A program made the translations under genes and the position numbers. Of a stretch of DNA of 64,000 nt, positions 14,323 through 29,019 are shown one piece after another (the stretch's first letter is position 1; every line of letters begins with the position of its first letter). This stretch comes from Eledone cirrhosa (lineage: Eukaryota): the NCBI GenBank assembly GCA_964016885.1, contig OZ024743.1:81282001-81346000 (forward strand), in the 5' to 3' direction. The notes under the pieces are model-generated. The model was not told where the DNA came from. It was given only the letters and a program-made list of their open reading frames with translations, and did not search any database.

Positions 14323-17300
14323 TTGGAGGTTCTCATACAGATGAGACCAGAGAGAATCGCCGGAATACCCGACCGAGTACTACTGGATGGTCGAACTTTC
14401 ATTAATATTACGGTGGAAGGCAGGAGGCCATCATGTTACCACTGCGCTGGCAGAGGTCACCTGAGGACTGCCTGCCCTCTACTAACAAGAAAAAAAACAC
14501 TGCTACAAACACCACAACAACAACAAATACAAAAGACCACGAAACAAATCACAGTAACCCCCCCCCCCCCACACACACACACAGAAAACAAGCACAAATA
14601 CACACACCAACACAACACTACCACAAAATATCCTCCTACCCCAGAACACGGACGAAAACCTCCTTACATCGGAGCATAGCGAAGATGGAGAGTCGTTCCG
14701 ACCAGTAAAAAGAAAAAAAAGGAAACATACCACTAACAGAAACCAAACACATACAGAAGAAACCAACAAAACACAAATAACCCCTCCCCATTACACAACA
14801 CTAACAGCGTAACAGAAAAAAACATTACAGTACACTTACATCAACAAAAAAACAAAAAAAACTGCTCAATATAATAAACAGTAATCCTTCGGTGCAAACC
14901 GAAGGGCCAAATTTTAAGAAAGAGGATGACTCTCCACACACCTCAAAATGATAAAGGTCCCCATGAACCTTTATCAAACTTTAAAAAACGTGTATAAAGA
15001 GGACGTGGGGCCCCCTGTAACAAAGCATTTAACCGCATCCTCTTAAAAGGTTTCCCATCCCCTCCTTAGACACCCACACAACTCCAAATACCCCAACCCC
15101 ACCACACACTAATGCCCCCACCCCACCACGGAGGTGGGGTGGGGTTGTCGTTCTGCTGCAAAAACATCTGGGTCTCGCCACACAGACGGTACACCTGGAC
15201 CCGGAGGGTCGACTGGTGGTCTTAGACGTTGGCAGTGGTGAAGGTGGAGCCTTTAGGCTGGCTCCGCCTGCGCCCCTTTTGAGTCAGCGCGGCCGGATTT
15301 CTTCCAACGTCTGGAAACTTTTCTGGGGACGTCCCGCTTCTTGCTTTTAGTGGGGGACTGGAATGGTATCCTGGATGCACGTTGGGACTATGTAGGGGCA
15401 TGTCTCGATAGAGGGGGTGTAACAGTCTCAAGGGGTTAATCGGCCGATTGGACCTGGCCGATAGATATCGACTAGATTATCCGACAGCGCCAACCTGGAC
15501 TTGGGCAAACCACAGCGGATCATCTAGGTCGTACCTAGATAGGGTCCTAGTTAGAAATAAGGATAGGGACCTTTTAAGCTGTCCAGAGATGCTCATGGTT
15601 GGCTATTCGGATCACAAATTAGTGACCTGCTTAGTCAACCTTGATAGAATCCATAGACAGGGACCCGGTTACTGGAAACTGAACTTGTCCTTACCGGCAA
15701 GTAAAGTGTACAGGGACCGAATTAGTACTTTAGTTAAGGAGCGGTTGACGGGAGCGATCGTCAACAGCAGGTGGTGGGGATCTCTCAAAAGAGAGATTAG
15801 AGTAGTTTCAATAGGATTTAGTAAGGAATTAGCCTCAGATACAAATAGGAAGGAAAGGGAGTTGGTAGATAGTGTAGTAGAGGCAATTAGAAGCGGCGAC
15901 GTGGCCAGAGTGCTAGCGTCGAGAACGGCCTTGGGCCAGTTCTTTGACGCGAAACACGAAGGCTGCGTTGTCCGAAGCAAAATACGTGCTCTAGGAAACG
16001 AGGGGACCAAAGCTGTTAGCTGGGCTCGCGTGGCAGACGCCAAAAGTGGGATTAGATCCACTATCCGGTCTTTGCGAGACCAAGATGGACGGGTGATCCT
16101 TGAACCTAAGCAGATGTGTGAGGCCTTTCAAAGGCACTTTGCCTGATTGTTCGGGAGGAGAGGGGGGGGGACTTCGATCCATACCTCGACAGCCTGCCGC
16201 GTCTTTCGAACGAGGAGACGAAGTCCTGCGAGGGGCCGATTTCAGCTGCTGAAATAGGGGACGTGCTGAGCCAATGCGGCAAACGCAAATCCCCTGGTCT
16301 CGATGGTCTTCCATACGAACTATATCTATCTATGCCGGACTTGTTCTCCGATCTCCTCGAGGCGGTCTACTGCAACTGGCAACAGAATGGGAGAATTCCC
16401 TGTTCTGTGACCAAGGGCGTAGTCTCGCTAGTGAGGAAGGCCGAGAACAAGGGGGGGGGGGGGGGGTGAAATAAGTAATTTCAGGTCCATAACTCTGCTA
16501 AATGCAGAGTAAAAGATTTTGGCCAAGGTGTTAGCAAAGAGGTTGGTGCTTGTCGTGGGCAACCTGGTGGGAGATGCGCAGACATGTGCTATCCCGTCCA
16601 GGTCCATCCACGACAACCGCCACCTTATGCGATACATCATAGAGAGGGTTGGGAACGAACCCGGCTTTGGTGGGGCCCTGATCAACTTGGCGTTCGATAG
16701 GGTCGACCATCGTTACCTGGATGCGGTGCTAGCGGCGGCAGGTTTCGGACCCGTTTTCAGGGACTGGATCACTGCCATGCACAGCAGCCGCATCTGCTCT
16801 AGAGTAAAGATGAACTGCTACCTCTCGGATCCGTTCGAAATCACGCGGTCCATCCGAGAGGGGTGCCCTCTCTCCTCCCTTCTGTATGTAGTGGCCCTCG
16901 AGCCACAGCTGCGGAAGTTGGAGTTGTTGCAGGGCATCTCTTTGGAACCGGGATTGCGGAAAGCGGTGTCGGCCTGCGCCGATGACATAACAGTAATGGT
17001 GTCGACCACCTCAGAAATCGGGCCCTTACTGGAGTAGTATGAAATGTTTACAGGGGCTAAGCTGAACCGGGACAAGTCGATCGGTTTGCAACTCGGCACG
17101 TGGAGGGGCATACCGATTCCCTCTGATGGCGTCGTCGGACGCTGGACGGAGGGCCCAGTGAAGTTGCTCGGGGTCTGGTTCGGACCAGACCTCCAGGTGA
17201 AGAACTGGGGGGAGGTAACGAACAGGATGTTTGCACTGACCCAGAAGTGGGCCGAGTGCAAACTATCCCTGAAAGGTCGGGCAGAGGTGGCGAACACTTA

Positions 17301-18565
17301 TATAGCGTCCGTCATCTACTACCGCCTGACTGTCGTGCCTTGCCCAAGGGAAACACTCACCAACATGGAGCGCGCACTCTTCCAATTCCTTTGGAAGAAG
17401 CGGGCTCTTTTGGTGAGGAGATTCATCTTCTGTCAACACCCTTCGAAAGGAGGGCTGGGGATGCCGTGGCTGCTGATGCGTAAACAAGCATTAAGGCTAC
17501 GGCACCTCCAGGTATTCCTCACCGGTGAACCGGTTTGGGCCCCGTTTGTGAGACGAACCTTTCCGAGACTCGTCTCACTCACCGAGCTGCAATCCTGGGT
17601 CAAGCAAAGACCGAGAAAACTGGGCGCCTGGCACACCGAGTCTGCCCAGGCGCTCATAGCTCTCTGGCAGGCGGACCCGGCTATCAGTGGAGACTCCACC
17701 TCGACATTCTATAGAGGGCTGGTGCGCAGCAGGTGCGACGACGCCCTCGGAGAAGCCCTAGGCATGGAGAAAGACGACCTGGCCAGCCTGTTCGGTAGGA
17801 CATTTAGCCCGGGACCTATGGACAACTTCCAGAGGTCTCTGGCCTGGCAGTGCTACCGAGGGGCTCTGCCCGTTCGAGAAAAGCTCTACAGACACGGGCG
17901 CCCGGATAGGGAACCCTCGAAAAAGATCTGTCTCAGATGCGTGCGCGACGAGGAAACCGTCGTGCATGCATTGGTACACTGCCCAGGCGTCGCCGATCTG
18001 TGGAGCTATGTCGCACGACTGCTGTCACGGGTGGGACCTATCCGGTTGACCACTGAGTCCATTATAACGATCAAGCCGCCTCCGCCCTTCAAAAATGAAG
18101 GAGAGACGGTGTTTCTGTGCATAATATCCATTGTGAAAGAGGTTGTATGGTGGACGCGTTTGAAAGGGCTGAGGTCGGGCACCTTTCTCTCCGGCCAACA
18201 ACTGGTCCTTTTCTTCCGATATCATTTCGGAAGAACGATCAGGATGGAGAGAGAGGTGCTGCACCCCAGCCAGTTTTATGAAAGGTGGGGGAAAGTGGCG
18301 AGAATGGTCCGTGTGAATGGGCCTTCTCTCTATATCAGCCTGTAGGGGAAAAAGATGGAAGAACAAGGGAGCACCCTCTCTCTGTGCTCCTGAGGAGAAG
18401 GGTTGCACACTTTTTCGGGGGTGTGTGCGACCCCCCAAAACGCCTCCTCTCTATTGAGGATTTTATTGTTAATTTTATATTTGTTATTTGTTTATTACTC
18501 GTTCTTTTGTGTAACCCCCCCCCCCTGTATTTGTCCTCTCCTTTTGTGCCCTCGTGGCAATAAAT
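14323..18565 (+). mobile_element. Decayed L1/Tx1-clade non-LTR retrotransposon (ORF1 zinc-knuckle remnant; ORF2 APE endonuclease + RT + C-terminal CCHC)
   Basis: ORF1 CYHCAGRGHLRTAC; APE motifs SRSYLDRVLV and SDHKL; RT motifs KSPGLDGLPYE, FDRVDH, SIREGCPLS, ADDITV; C-terminal CLRCVRDEETVVHALVHC; AATAAA at the 3' end; several stops and frameshifts. Confidence 0.92.
15130..18345 (+). pseudogene. Disrupted ORF2 (endonuclease/reverse transcriptase) of the Tx1-like element
   Basis: Split over ORFs 15448-16146, 16263-16469, 16519-17037 and 17044-18345; frameshifts near poly-G runs and in-frame stops. Confidence 0.88.
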
Positions 18566-19334
18566 AGAAATGTATCTATCTATCTATCTACCTATCTAAT
18601 TCACGTATATGTGTGAAACTTTAAACGTGTGTTAGCTTGTAAAAGCTGCAACAACGCATGTTTAATTATTTAGCTATAAAATTATTGAATATTTCAGGTA
18701 AACAAACCCCCATAGAGGTAAAGATTTGGCCAAATTTGACAACAGAAAGTGAACTTGCGTCTGTCGCATTCGGAGTTACCATTACACCAAGGTGCTATCT
18801 CTTATATGTTTTATCTCTTAAGTCGTGTAAATCAATCGTTGGAGACGGAATAGATTCTATCGAACTTTTGAACGACTCTGCCAATTTGCTGTAGATATGA
18901 AACAGATGAATGTGAGTTTTTTATACTAAACTATACAGGATAAAACTCACTTAAGTTGTGGAGTAGCAAAATCGTTAGAGCATCAAACAAAATACATGTG
19001 GTTTTTAGTTGCGGCCATCCACGTTGTAAGTTTAAGTCCCATAGAGGTCAACTTTGTATTAATTTGGGTGGGGTGGGATATCAATAAAATGAAGTCCCTG
19101 GACGCGTTTGATATTGTTATCATTTGTGAGGATGAAGTTTATAATTAAAAGTGAGATTGGTGAAAATTGAGAGCAGAGATGTTGGGTATAGTGATGAAGA
19201 AGATAATGTCTGAGAGGCACAGGGGATAAAACGGATGTGACCCCTATGGCACATGGCACAGGTTATTAAGTACATACAAACATTCAACTTTTCACATCCA
19301 GTTATAATCATTCAGTAACATTTAAGCCCTTATA

Positions 19335-19918
19335 TACACACACTTACAGAGACACACACACACACTTACACACACACACACACACTTACACAGAGACACA
19401 CACTGACACACACACACACTTACAGAGACACACAGACTAACACAGAGACACACATTTACACAGACACACACACACGCTTACACAGAGACACACACTTACA
19501 CAGACACACACACACACTTACACAGAGACACACACTTACACAGACACACACACACACACACACTTACACAGAGACACACAGTTACACTGACACACACACA
19601 CTTACACAGAGACACACACACACATTTACACAGAGACACACTTACACAGACACACACACACCCACACACTTACACAGACACACACACACTTACACAGAGA
19701 CATACTTACACAGACACACACACTTTAACTGACACACACACACACACACTTACACAGACACACACTTACACAGAGACACACACTTACACAGACACACTTA
19801 CACAGAGACACACACTTACACTGACACACACACACACTTACACAGACACACACTTACACAGACACACACACTTACACTGACACACACACACACACACACA
19901 CTTACACAGACACACACT
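19335..19918. repeat. CA-rich minisatellite (CACACTTACACAGAGA variants)
   Basis: Directly visible. Confidence 0.9.
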
Positions 19919-20039
19919 ACTTGTATGTAAAGTTACACGAGAAAGTTGTTTAAAATACCTGAAACAGTCTTTGTGGGGACCTACAGAGGTACAACACATT
20001 TCTCACACATTTCGTCATATTATCAATAAATGAAATGAA

Positions 20040-20475
20040 GGTGACAGTAGAATCGGTAGAGCGTCGGAAAAGTACTTGCTTTGCGGCATATAGTTACGTC
20101 CCTTTACGTTGTGAGTTCAAAACCCACCGAGGTTAACTTTGCCTTTCATCCTTATGGGGTCGATAAAATAAAGTACCAGTCACGCACTGGGGTCGATTTA
20201 ATCGACACCCCCCAAAAAAATTACTGGCCTTGTGCCTATATAAGAAACCAATATTAAGGGCGGTGGATTGGCAGTAATCGGTAGAGCATCAGACAAAATG
20301 CATTACGTTATATAGTTAGTCCCTTTACATTGTGTTCAAATCTCGCTGAGGTTAGATTTGCCTTTCCTCTCTACATGGCCTTTAAAATAAAGTACCAGTA
20401 ACACGCTGGAGACGAATAAATCGACTTACCCCTCCCCTAAAAGTGTTGACCTTGTGTCTAAATAAGAAACGACTA
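20040..20475 (+). mobile_element. Two head-to-tail tRNA-derived SINE copies
   Basis: GAGTTCAAAACCC...GCCTTTCATCCTTATGGGGTCGATAAAATAAAGTACC, then a second head GGGCGGTGGATTGGCAG at about 20258. Confidence 0.85.
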
Positions 20476-20729
20476 TTGATAAATGAAGTTGTCTATTAGC
20501 CATGACAGAAGCTCTCTAGCATTAAAGATAAAAATAGCTGAGCTATGTTTATATGGGAGGTAGGTACGATTGATATTTGAATCTCCCTTTTAATTCGGAA
20601 AGAAATCTGGACAATTATCAGTTAACATAATCGGACAGTCTGTTAAGTGATAGAACGATAGAAATATGGTGGGGAGGAGGAGAAGGTAGACAGGTATAAT
20701 AGGGGTAGATAGAAGGAGAGGTAGATTGC

Positions 20730-20761
20730 TGTATACACATATATATATATGTATATATATA

Positions 20762-20801
<40 letters not shown>

Positions 20802-20815
20802 AGTGTGTGTGTGGT

Positions 20816-20849
<34 letters not shown>

Positions 20850-21084
20850 TATAAAAACAGTGCGACAGAAACACACACAAAATTAAGGTGGCCACAAACA
20901 CTCACATACCCACACACAAGAACATATACATATATATAGAGAGAGAGAATATGTGTGTGTGTGTGTATGTGTGTGCGTATGATACAGACAAACGAAAGGG
21001 GAGAAGCAGAGAGAGGGAGAAAGAGGGAGAGAGGGGCAGTGAGAGGGAGGGAGAGAGAGAGGCCCAGAGGGCGTGGGAGAGAGA

Positions 21085-21128
<44 letters not shown>

Positions 21129-21545
21129 TAAGAGTGTCTGAGTGTGTGTGTTGCTTGTGTGTTATGTCTGTATGTGTGTGTGAATGTGTGGGTGTGTCTA
21201 TTTGTCTGTATATGTGTGTGTGTATGCATGTCTGTATGTGTATGTGTGTGGATGTATGTGTGTGTGTTATATGTGTAGGCATGTGTGTATGTGTGTATCT
21301 ATGTGTGTATGTGTCTATGTATGTGTATGTGTGTGTGTGTGCCTATGTGTCTGTATGTGTGTGTGTCTGTATGTGTGTGTGTGTGTGTGTGTGTATGTCT
21401 GTATCTGTGTGTGTATGTGTGTGTGTGTATGACTACGTGTCTGTATGTCTGTATGAGTGTGAGTGTGTGTGTGTGGCTATATGTATGTATGTATGTGTGT
21501 GTGTGTACGTGTGCGTGTGTGTCTATATGTATGTATGTGTGAGTT
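20730..21545. repeat. Compound (TA)n/(GA)n/(TG)n microsatellite tract
   Basis: Directly visible. Confidence 0.9.
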
Positions 21546-21793
21546 TGAAAGAGGTCCTCTACATTTGAAAATGAATTAATGGAAATCCATTTTGATAATG
21601 GTGTAAAAAGATTTGTGTTAACGGCAGAGATTGTTGTTCGACACTCCGGTTGGACGTTTCTAAAGAGTTCGTTGTAGGCTTTAATGGCGGAATCTTGATA
21701 ATAGTAAGGCAAGAGGCTGTAATTAATGCCAAAGCAGATAAATGTCTCTAATGTTCCCTAACATCTTTTGGTCCAGTCATTCACATCATATAT

Positions 21794-21983
21794 AATTGTT
21801 TCTACTTTAGGCACAAGGCCAGCAATTACCCAGTACATTACTGGTACTTTATTTTATCGACCCCGTAAGGATGAAAGGCAAAGTTAACCTCGGCGGGATT
21901 TGAACTCAGACCGTAAAGGGACGTAACTATGCTGGAAAGCATGGTGACCGACCTTCTACCGATACTGCCAACCCACCGCCCTT
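21794..21983 (-). mobile_element. tRNA-derived SINE
   Basis: Same family consensus, full length. Confidence 0.88.
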
Positions 21984-22012
21984 GACATTATATATAATGA
22001 GTCTCTAGAAGA

Positions 22013-25000
22013 TAGTAGCTACTATAATATAGTGGTCATCTGGTGGTAGCTACTATAATATAGTGGTCATCTAGTGGTAGAAGCTATAATATAGTGGTCA
22101 TCTAGTGGTAGCTACTATAATATAGTGGTCATCTAGTGGTAGAAGCTATAATATAGTGGTCATCTAGTGGTAGCTACTATAATATAGTGGTCATCTGGTG
22201 GTAGAAGCCATAATATAGTGGTCATCTGGTGGTAGCAGCCATAATATAATGGTCATCTGGTGGTAGCAGCCATAATATAGTGAACATCTGGTGGTAGCTA
22301 CTATAATATAGTGGTCATCTGGTGGTAGAAGCCATAATATAGTGGTCATCTGGTCGTAGAAGCCATAATATAGTGGTCATCTGGTGGTAGCAGCCATAAT
22401 ATAATGGTCATCTGGTGGTAGCAGCCATAATATAATGGTCATCTGGTGGTAGCAGCCATAATATAGTGAACATCTGGTGGTAGCTACTATAATATAGTGG
22501 TCATCTGGTGGTAGAAGCCATAATATAGTGGTCATCTGGTGGTAGCAGCCATAATATAATGGTCATCTGGTGGTAGCAGCCATAATATAGTGAACATCTG
22601 GTGGTAGCTACTATAATATAGTGGTCATCTGGTGGTAGAAGCCATAATATAGTGGTCATCTGGTGGTAGCAGCCATAATATAGTGGTCATCTGGTGGTAG
22701 CAGCCATAATATAGTGGACATCTGGTGGTAGCAGCCATAATATAGTGGACATCTGGTGGTAGCAGCCATAATATAGTGGACATCTGGTGGTAGCAGCCAT
22801 AATATAGTGGTCATCTGTGGTAGCAGCCATAATATAGTGGTCATCTGGTGGTAGCAGCCATAATATAATGGTCATCTGGTGGTAGCAGCCATAATATAGT
22901 GGACATCTGGTGGTAGCAGCCATAATATAGTGGACATCTAGTGGTAGAAGCTATAATATAGTGGTCCTCTGGTGGTAGCAGCCATAATATAGTGGTCATC
23001 TGGTGGTAGCAGCCATAATATAGTGGTCATCTGGTGGTAGCAGCCATAATATAGTGGTCATCTGGTGGTAGCAGCCATAATATAGTGGTCATCTGGTGGT
23101 AGCTACTATAATATAGTTGTCATCTGGTGGTAGCAGCCATAATATAGTTGTCATCTGGTGGTAGCAGCCATAATATAGTGGTCATCTGGCGGTAGTAGCC
23201 ATAATATAGTGGTCATCTGGTTGTAGCAGCCATAATATAGTGGTCATCTGGTGGTAGTAGCCATAATATAGTGGTCATCTGGTGGTAGCAGCCATAATAT
23301 AGTGGTCATCTAGTGGTAGAAGCTATAATATAGTGGTCATCTGTGGTAGCAGCCATAATATAGTGGTCATCTGGTGGTAGCAGCCATAATATAGTGGTCA
23401 ACTAGTGGTAGAAGCTATAATATAGTGGTCATCTGGTGGTAGCAGCCATAATATAGTGGTCATCTAGTGGTAGCAGCTATAATATAGTGGTCATCTAGTG
23501 GTAGAAGCTATAATATAGTTGTCATCTGGTGGTAGCAGCCATAATATAGTGGTCATCTGGTGGTAGCAGCCATAATATAGTGGTCATCTTGTGGTAGCAG
23601 CCATAATATAGTGGTCATCTGGTGGTAGCTACTATAATATAGTGGTCATCTGGTGGTAGCAGCCATAATATAGTGGTCATCTGGTGGTAGCAGCCATATA
23701 TAGTTGTCATCTGGTGGTAGTAGCCATAATATAGTGGTCATCTGGTGGTAGCAGCCATAATATAGTGGTCATCTGGTGGTAGCAGCCATAATATAGTGGT
23801 CATCTGGTGGTAGCAGCCATAATATAGTGGTCATCTAGTGGTAGCAGCCATAATATAGTGGTCATCTGGTGGTAGCTACTATAATATAGTGGTCATCTGG
23901 TGGTAGCAGCCATAATATAGTGGTCATCTGGTAGTAGCAGCCATATATAGTTGTCATCTGGTGGTAGCAGCCATAATATAGTGGTCATCTGTGGTAGCAA
24001 CCATAATATAGTGGTCATCTGGTGGTAGTAGCCATAATATAGTGGTCATCTGGTGGTAGCTACTATAATATAGTGGTCATCTGGTGGTAGTAGCCATAAT
24101 ATAGTGGTCATCTAGTGGTAGAAGCTATAATATAGTGGTCATCTGGTGGTAGCTACTATAATATAGTGGTCATCTGTGGTAGCAACCATAATATAGTGGT
24201 CATCTGGTGGTAGCAGCCATAATATAGTGGTCATCTAGTGGTAGAAGCTATAATATAGTGGTCATCTGGTGGTAGTAGCCATAATATAGTGGTCATCTAG
24301 TGGTAGAAGCTATAATATAGTGGTCATCTAGTGGTAGAAGCTATAATATAGTGGTCATCTGGTGGTAGTAGCCATAATATAGTGGTCATCTAGTGGTAGA
24401 AGCTATAATATAGTGGTCATCTGGTGGTAGCAGCCATAATATAGTGGTCATCTGGTGGTAGCAGCTATAATATAGTGGTCATCTAGTGGTAGAAGCTATA
24501 ATATAGTGGTCATCTGTGGTAGCAGCCATAATATAATGGTCATCTAGTGGTAGCAGCCATAATATAGTGGTTATCTAGTGGTAGAATCTATAATATAGTG
24601 GTCATCTGGTGGTAGCAGCCATAATATAGTGGTCATCTGGTGGTAGCAGCCATAATATAGTGGTCATCTGGTGGTAGCAGCCATAATATAGTGGTCATCT
24701 AGTGGTAGAAGCTATAATATAGTGGTCATCTGTGGTAGCAGCCATAATATAGTGGTCATCTGGTGGTAGCAGCCATAATATAGTGGTCATCTGGTGGTAG
24801 AATCTATAATATAGTGGTCATCTGTGGTAGCAGCCATAATATAGTGGTCATCTGGTGGTAGTAGCCATAATATAGTGGTCATCTAGTGGTAGAAGCTATA
24901 ATATAGTGGTCATCTGGTGGTAGCAGCCATAATATAGTGGTCATCTGGTGGTAGCAGCCATAATATAGTGGTCATCTGTGGTAGCAGCCATAATATAGTG

Positions 25001-25891
25001 GTCATCTAGTGGTAGAAGCTATAATATAGTGGTCATCTGTGGTAACAGCCATAATATAGTGGTCATCTGGTGGTAGCAGCCATAATATAGTGGTCATCTG
25101 GGGGTAGCAGCCATAATATAGTTGTCATCTGGTGGTAGCAGCCATAATATAGTGGTCATCTAGTGGTAGAAACTATAATATAGTGGTCATCTGGTGGTAG
25201 CAGCCATAATATAGTGGTCATCTGGTTGTAGCAGCCATAATATAGTGGCCATCTGGTGGTAGCAGCCATAATATAGTGGTCATCTGGTGGTAGCAGCCAT
25301 AATATAGTGGTCATCTGGTGGTAGCAGCCATAATATAGTGGTCATCTGTGGTAGCAGCCATAATATAGTGGTCATCTGGTGGTAGCAGCCATAATATAGT
25401 GGTCATCTGGTGGTAGCAGCCATAATATAGTGGTCATCTGGTGGTAGCAGCCATAATATAGTGGTCATCTGTGGTAGCAGCCATAATATAGTGGTCATCT
25501 GGTGGTAGCAGCCATAATATAGTGGTCATCTGGTGGTAGCAGCCATAATATAGTGGTCATCTGGTGGTAGCAGCCATAATATAGTGGTCATCTGGTGGTA
25601 GCAGCCATAATATAGTGGTCATCTAGTGGTAGAAGCTATAATATAGTGGTCATCTGGTGGTAGCAGCCATAATATAGTGGTCATCTGGTGGTAGCAGCCA
25701 TAATATAGTGGTCATCTAGTGGTAGAAGCTATAATATAGTGGTCATCTGGTGGTAGCAGCCATAATATAGTGGTCATCTAGTGGTAGAAGCTATAATATA
25801 GTGGTCATCTGGTGGTAGCAGCCATAATATAGTGGTCATCTGTGGTAGCAGCCATAATATAGCGGTCATCAGCCATAATATAGCGGTCATC
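22013..25891. repeat. 31-bp tandem satellite, consensus TGGTGGTAGCAGCCATAATATAGTGGTCATC (about 125 copies)
   Basis: 31-bp period (e.g. GTAG at 22201 and 22232); recurring variants TAGTGGTAGAAGCT and GTAGCTACT. Confidence 0.97.
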
Positions 25892-25892
25892 G

Positions 25893-26105
25893 TTCCTTTG
25901 TCAGTGTTGAACTAAAGAGCAACGATGGTTGCTAAACACTGTACGGCTTAATTCCGGCTGTTTGTTTACAAACACACCGAGCATTACAATAAATGTTCGG
26001 TAAATCCATACGTACATATATATATATGTGTGCATGTATGTATATATATATATACATACAACTGTACGTCTGTATACATATATGTATGTACGTATACATA
26101 CTTAT
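25893..26105 (-). repeat. Dispersed repeat segment, inverted homologue of 14117-14322
   Basis: Reverse-complement similarity over about 210 bp. Confidence 0.8.
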
Positions 26106-26154
26106 AATATATATATATCTATATATAAATGTAATCTGAGTTTTTCGAATATTA

Positions 26155-26376
26155 ATAATGATTTCTAGTATAGGCACAATGCCAGTAATTTGGGAGCAGA
26201 GGAAAGTCGATTAAATCGATCTCAGTATGTTACTGGTACTTTATTTTATCGACCACGTAAAGATGAAAGGCAAAGTTAACCTCGGCGGGATTTGAACTCA
26301 TACCGTAAGGGGACGTAACTCTATGTTGTAAAGCATAGCGTCCGACCGTCTACCGGTACTGCCAATCCACCGCCCT
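26155..26376 (-). mobile_element. tRNA-derived SINE
   Basis: Same family, longer-tail subtype (...AAAGTCGATTAAATCGA...). Confidence 0.86.
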
Positions 26377-26628
26377 AATAACATTCGATTCATTTGCAAT
26401 TATGCAAACAAGCCTCACTTGTATAGCCATGTCAGTAGAATGAACCCTTCATTCTTGCTTCATCAGCCAATCTGCTAATATGCTAATCAGGCCGATCAGT
26501 CTCTGTATATTTTAGAAAATAGCATATATTTTCACTAACTCTGACAGTTGGCAGATTAACAGTGAGCTGTACTGATGAAGGGTGATTGAGATGGAGGGTT
26601 TGTGGTTTTTCTCGCATATATATATATA

Positions 26629-26875
<247 letters not shown>

Positions 26876-27516
26876 CAAAATTTAGTACAGCATCATCGAA
26901 GCTCTGGATGCAGCCAAGCTAACGAATGCAATCTCGGTGGGATTATTTTCTTTGTTTTTTGTGCCTCTCCTTTGTTATGTCCTACGCCATTTTGTTTTTG
27001 TGTGTGTGAACACACACACAAAATCAAGATGGGGTAGGAGTGGCACAAAAAAAAAACAAAGAAAAGAATCCCCAGTCACTGAAGAGGTCACAGAATGTGT
27101 GACGAAAGAACTTTGACAATATATATAAACAACCATCTGGTTGTGGAACCAACCAACCAACCGGAAATTTATAAATTCCTAAATTTATAAATTTATTATA
27201 ATAAATTGAAGTGAAAGTTACTGGTGCGTGTGTTTCTTATTGGCAACATGACCCTCCCAAAGTATAACAAAATCGGTTTCAACACACGTTTTCAGATAAA
27301 GAATCTTGCTAAACAAATTCAGAAACGAAATATATATATATATACATATCGTGTTGGGTTATATGCCACAGTTAAGGCGACTAAAGTGTGCAGAATGTAA
27401 ATACTGTAAGTAGAATTGAAGTTAGTGTTGCAGCATGCGTACAAACTTTGTGGTTGTGACATTCACGTGCTTATATGCCTGAATATATATATATATGTGT
27501 GTGGGGGGGGGGGTAT

Positions 27517-27572
<56 letters not shown>

Positions 27573-28412
27573 ATGTATATATATATATATATATATATAC
27601 TTATATTGACATACAGTTATTATATACATGCTTATATATATTTAAATAAAGTAATTAGTATATTTAAGAGCTTAAGTATATATTCTGACTAAATTTCAAA
27701 ACTGGAACATGAATTTTGACGGAAATGCAAAGAAAATGTTTATCGTTGAAAATATTCCTAGAGTTTCATTGAATTGTTCGGTTCTGAGAATGGAAGGCAA
27801 GATGTTTCTAAAGATTGTTTATATTCCATTAACCACAAATTTACAGACAGTGGCAAGAATAAACATACACAGCTTGTCTCAATAAACGTCATTTTATAGA
27901 AATTCAGTAATGATATTTCAATATTGTTTGAGGTGACTTGTAGCTAATGTTTTATATTTAACTATATTAATTAAAATTTAAGATTTATTTCAAATGTCTA
28001 GGCTATACAAAATATATAAATGTCTATATGAAAAATTCATGTAGATGAGATATATTGAAATTACAATATTATTTCATGTTTAGTAAATAGTTTCTAATTC
28101 TGTAAATTATTAAATCTAAACTATTTCAGAGTGAGAATTGAAGAAGAAATGTTAAATATATTAATACATATAATATAAAATATAGTGGAACGGCCCTCCG
28201 TCGGTTTCAACGACGAGTGTCCCAATTCGATCAACAGAACGCCCTACTCACGACAAACTAACATATAAGTGGCCGAGCATTCCATAGATATGTAATTCTA
28301 AATGGGATTCACCATAATATAGGTGGATCTTCACATTACACGTATAATACATTCCATGTGTTTCCTAGCACCATCCTCCCTTTCTCCCCCCCCTCACCTT
28401 CTTCTTCTTCTT

Positions 28413-28487
<75 letters not shown>

Positions 28488-28494
28488 GTTATTA

Positions 28495-28970
28495 CTCTTT
28501 GAGTCTCAGTCATTGATGTTAGTTAACTGGAAAGTTTGTTGGAATGAATATCAAGCCACTACCTGCAGCCTCAGATATTCAGGACGTATCGGAGGGTTCT
28601 TGCTGTTCCCAGCAAGCATGCCTTTTGAAGCGTTCCAAAAAGCGTGAAGGGGCCGATTTTCTTTAACCATCCCTGGAAACTTTTGGAGATAGTCCCCAGT
28701 GCGCCTATGACAATAGGGATCACTTTGACTTCATGGCAGTTCCAAATCATTTTTACCTCCCACTTTAAGTCCTGGTATCGGTTAATTTTCTCCCTCTCCT
28801 TCTCTTGCACTCTCGTGTCGAATGGGCAGGCCACATCCACAATCAGGCACGATCTTTTTTCTTTGTCCACAACCACCAGGTCAGGTCTATTGTGTTCCAG
28901 TTTCTTGTCCGTCTGTATCCTAAAATCCCACAGCACCTTCACCTGATCGTTCTCTATCACCGCCTCTGGC

Positions 28971-28971
<1 letters not shown>
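28495..28971 (-). mobile_element. 5'-truncated copy of the R4/Dong element (REL endonuclease end + 3'UTR) in tandem with the full-length copy
   Basis: Near-identical to 29020-29496; encodes KPEAVIENDQVKVLWDF...RPDLVVVDK...LRYVLNI; flanked by (TTA)n on both sides. Confidence 0.93.
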
Positions 28972-29009
<38 letters not shown>

Positions 29010-29019
29010 GTTATTGTTA

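Noticed and set aside
26440-26615. CTGATGAAGGG motif and a GAGATGGAGGG...TTTTTCTC tail shared with 38860-38890
   Set aside because: No complete hammerhead fold; probably a remnant of another repeat, but too little to define
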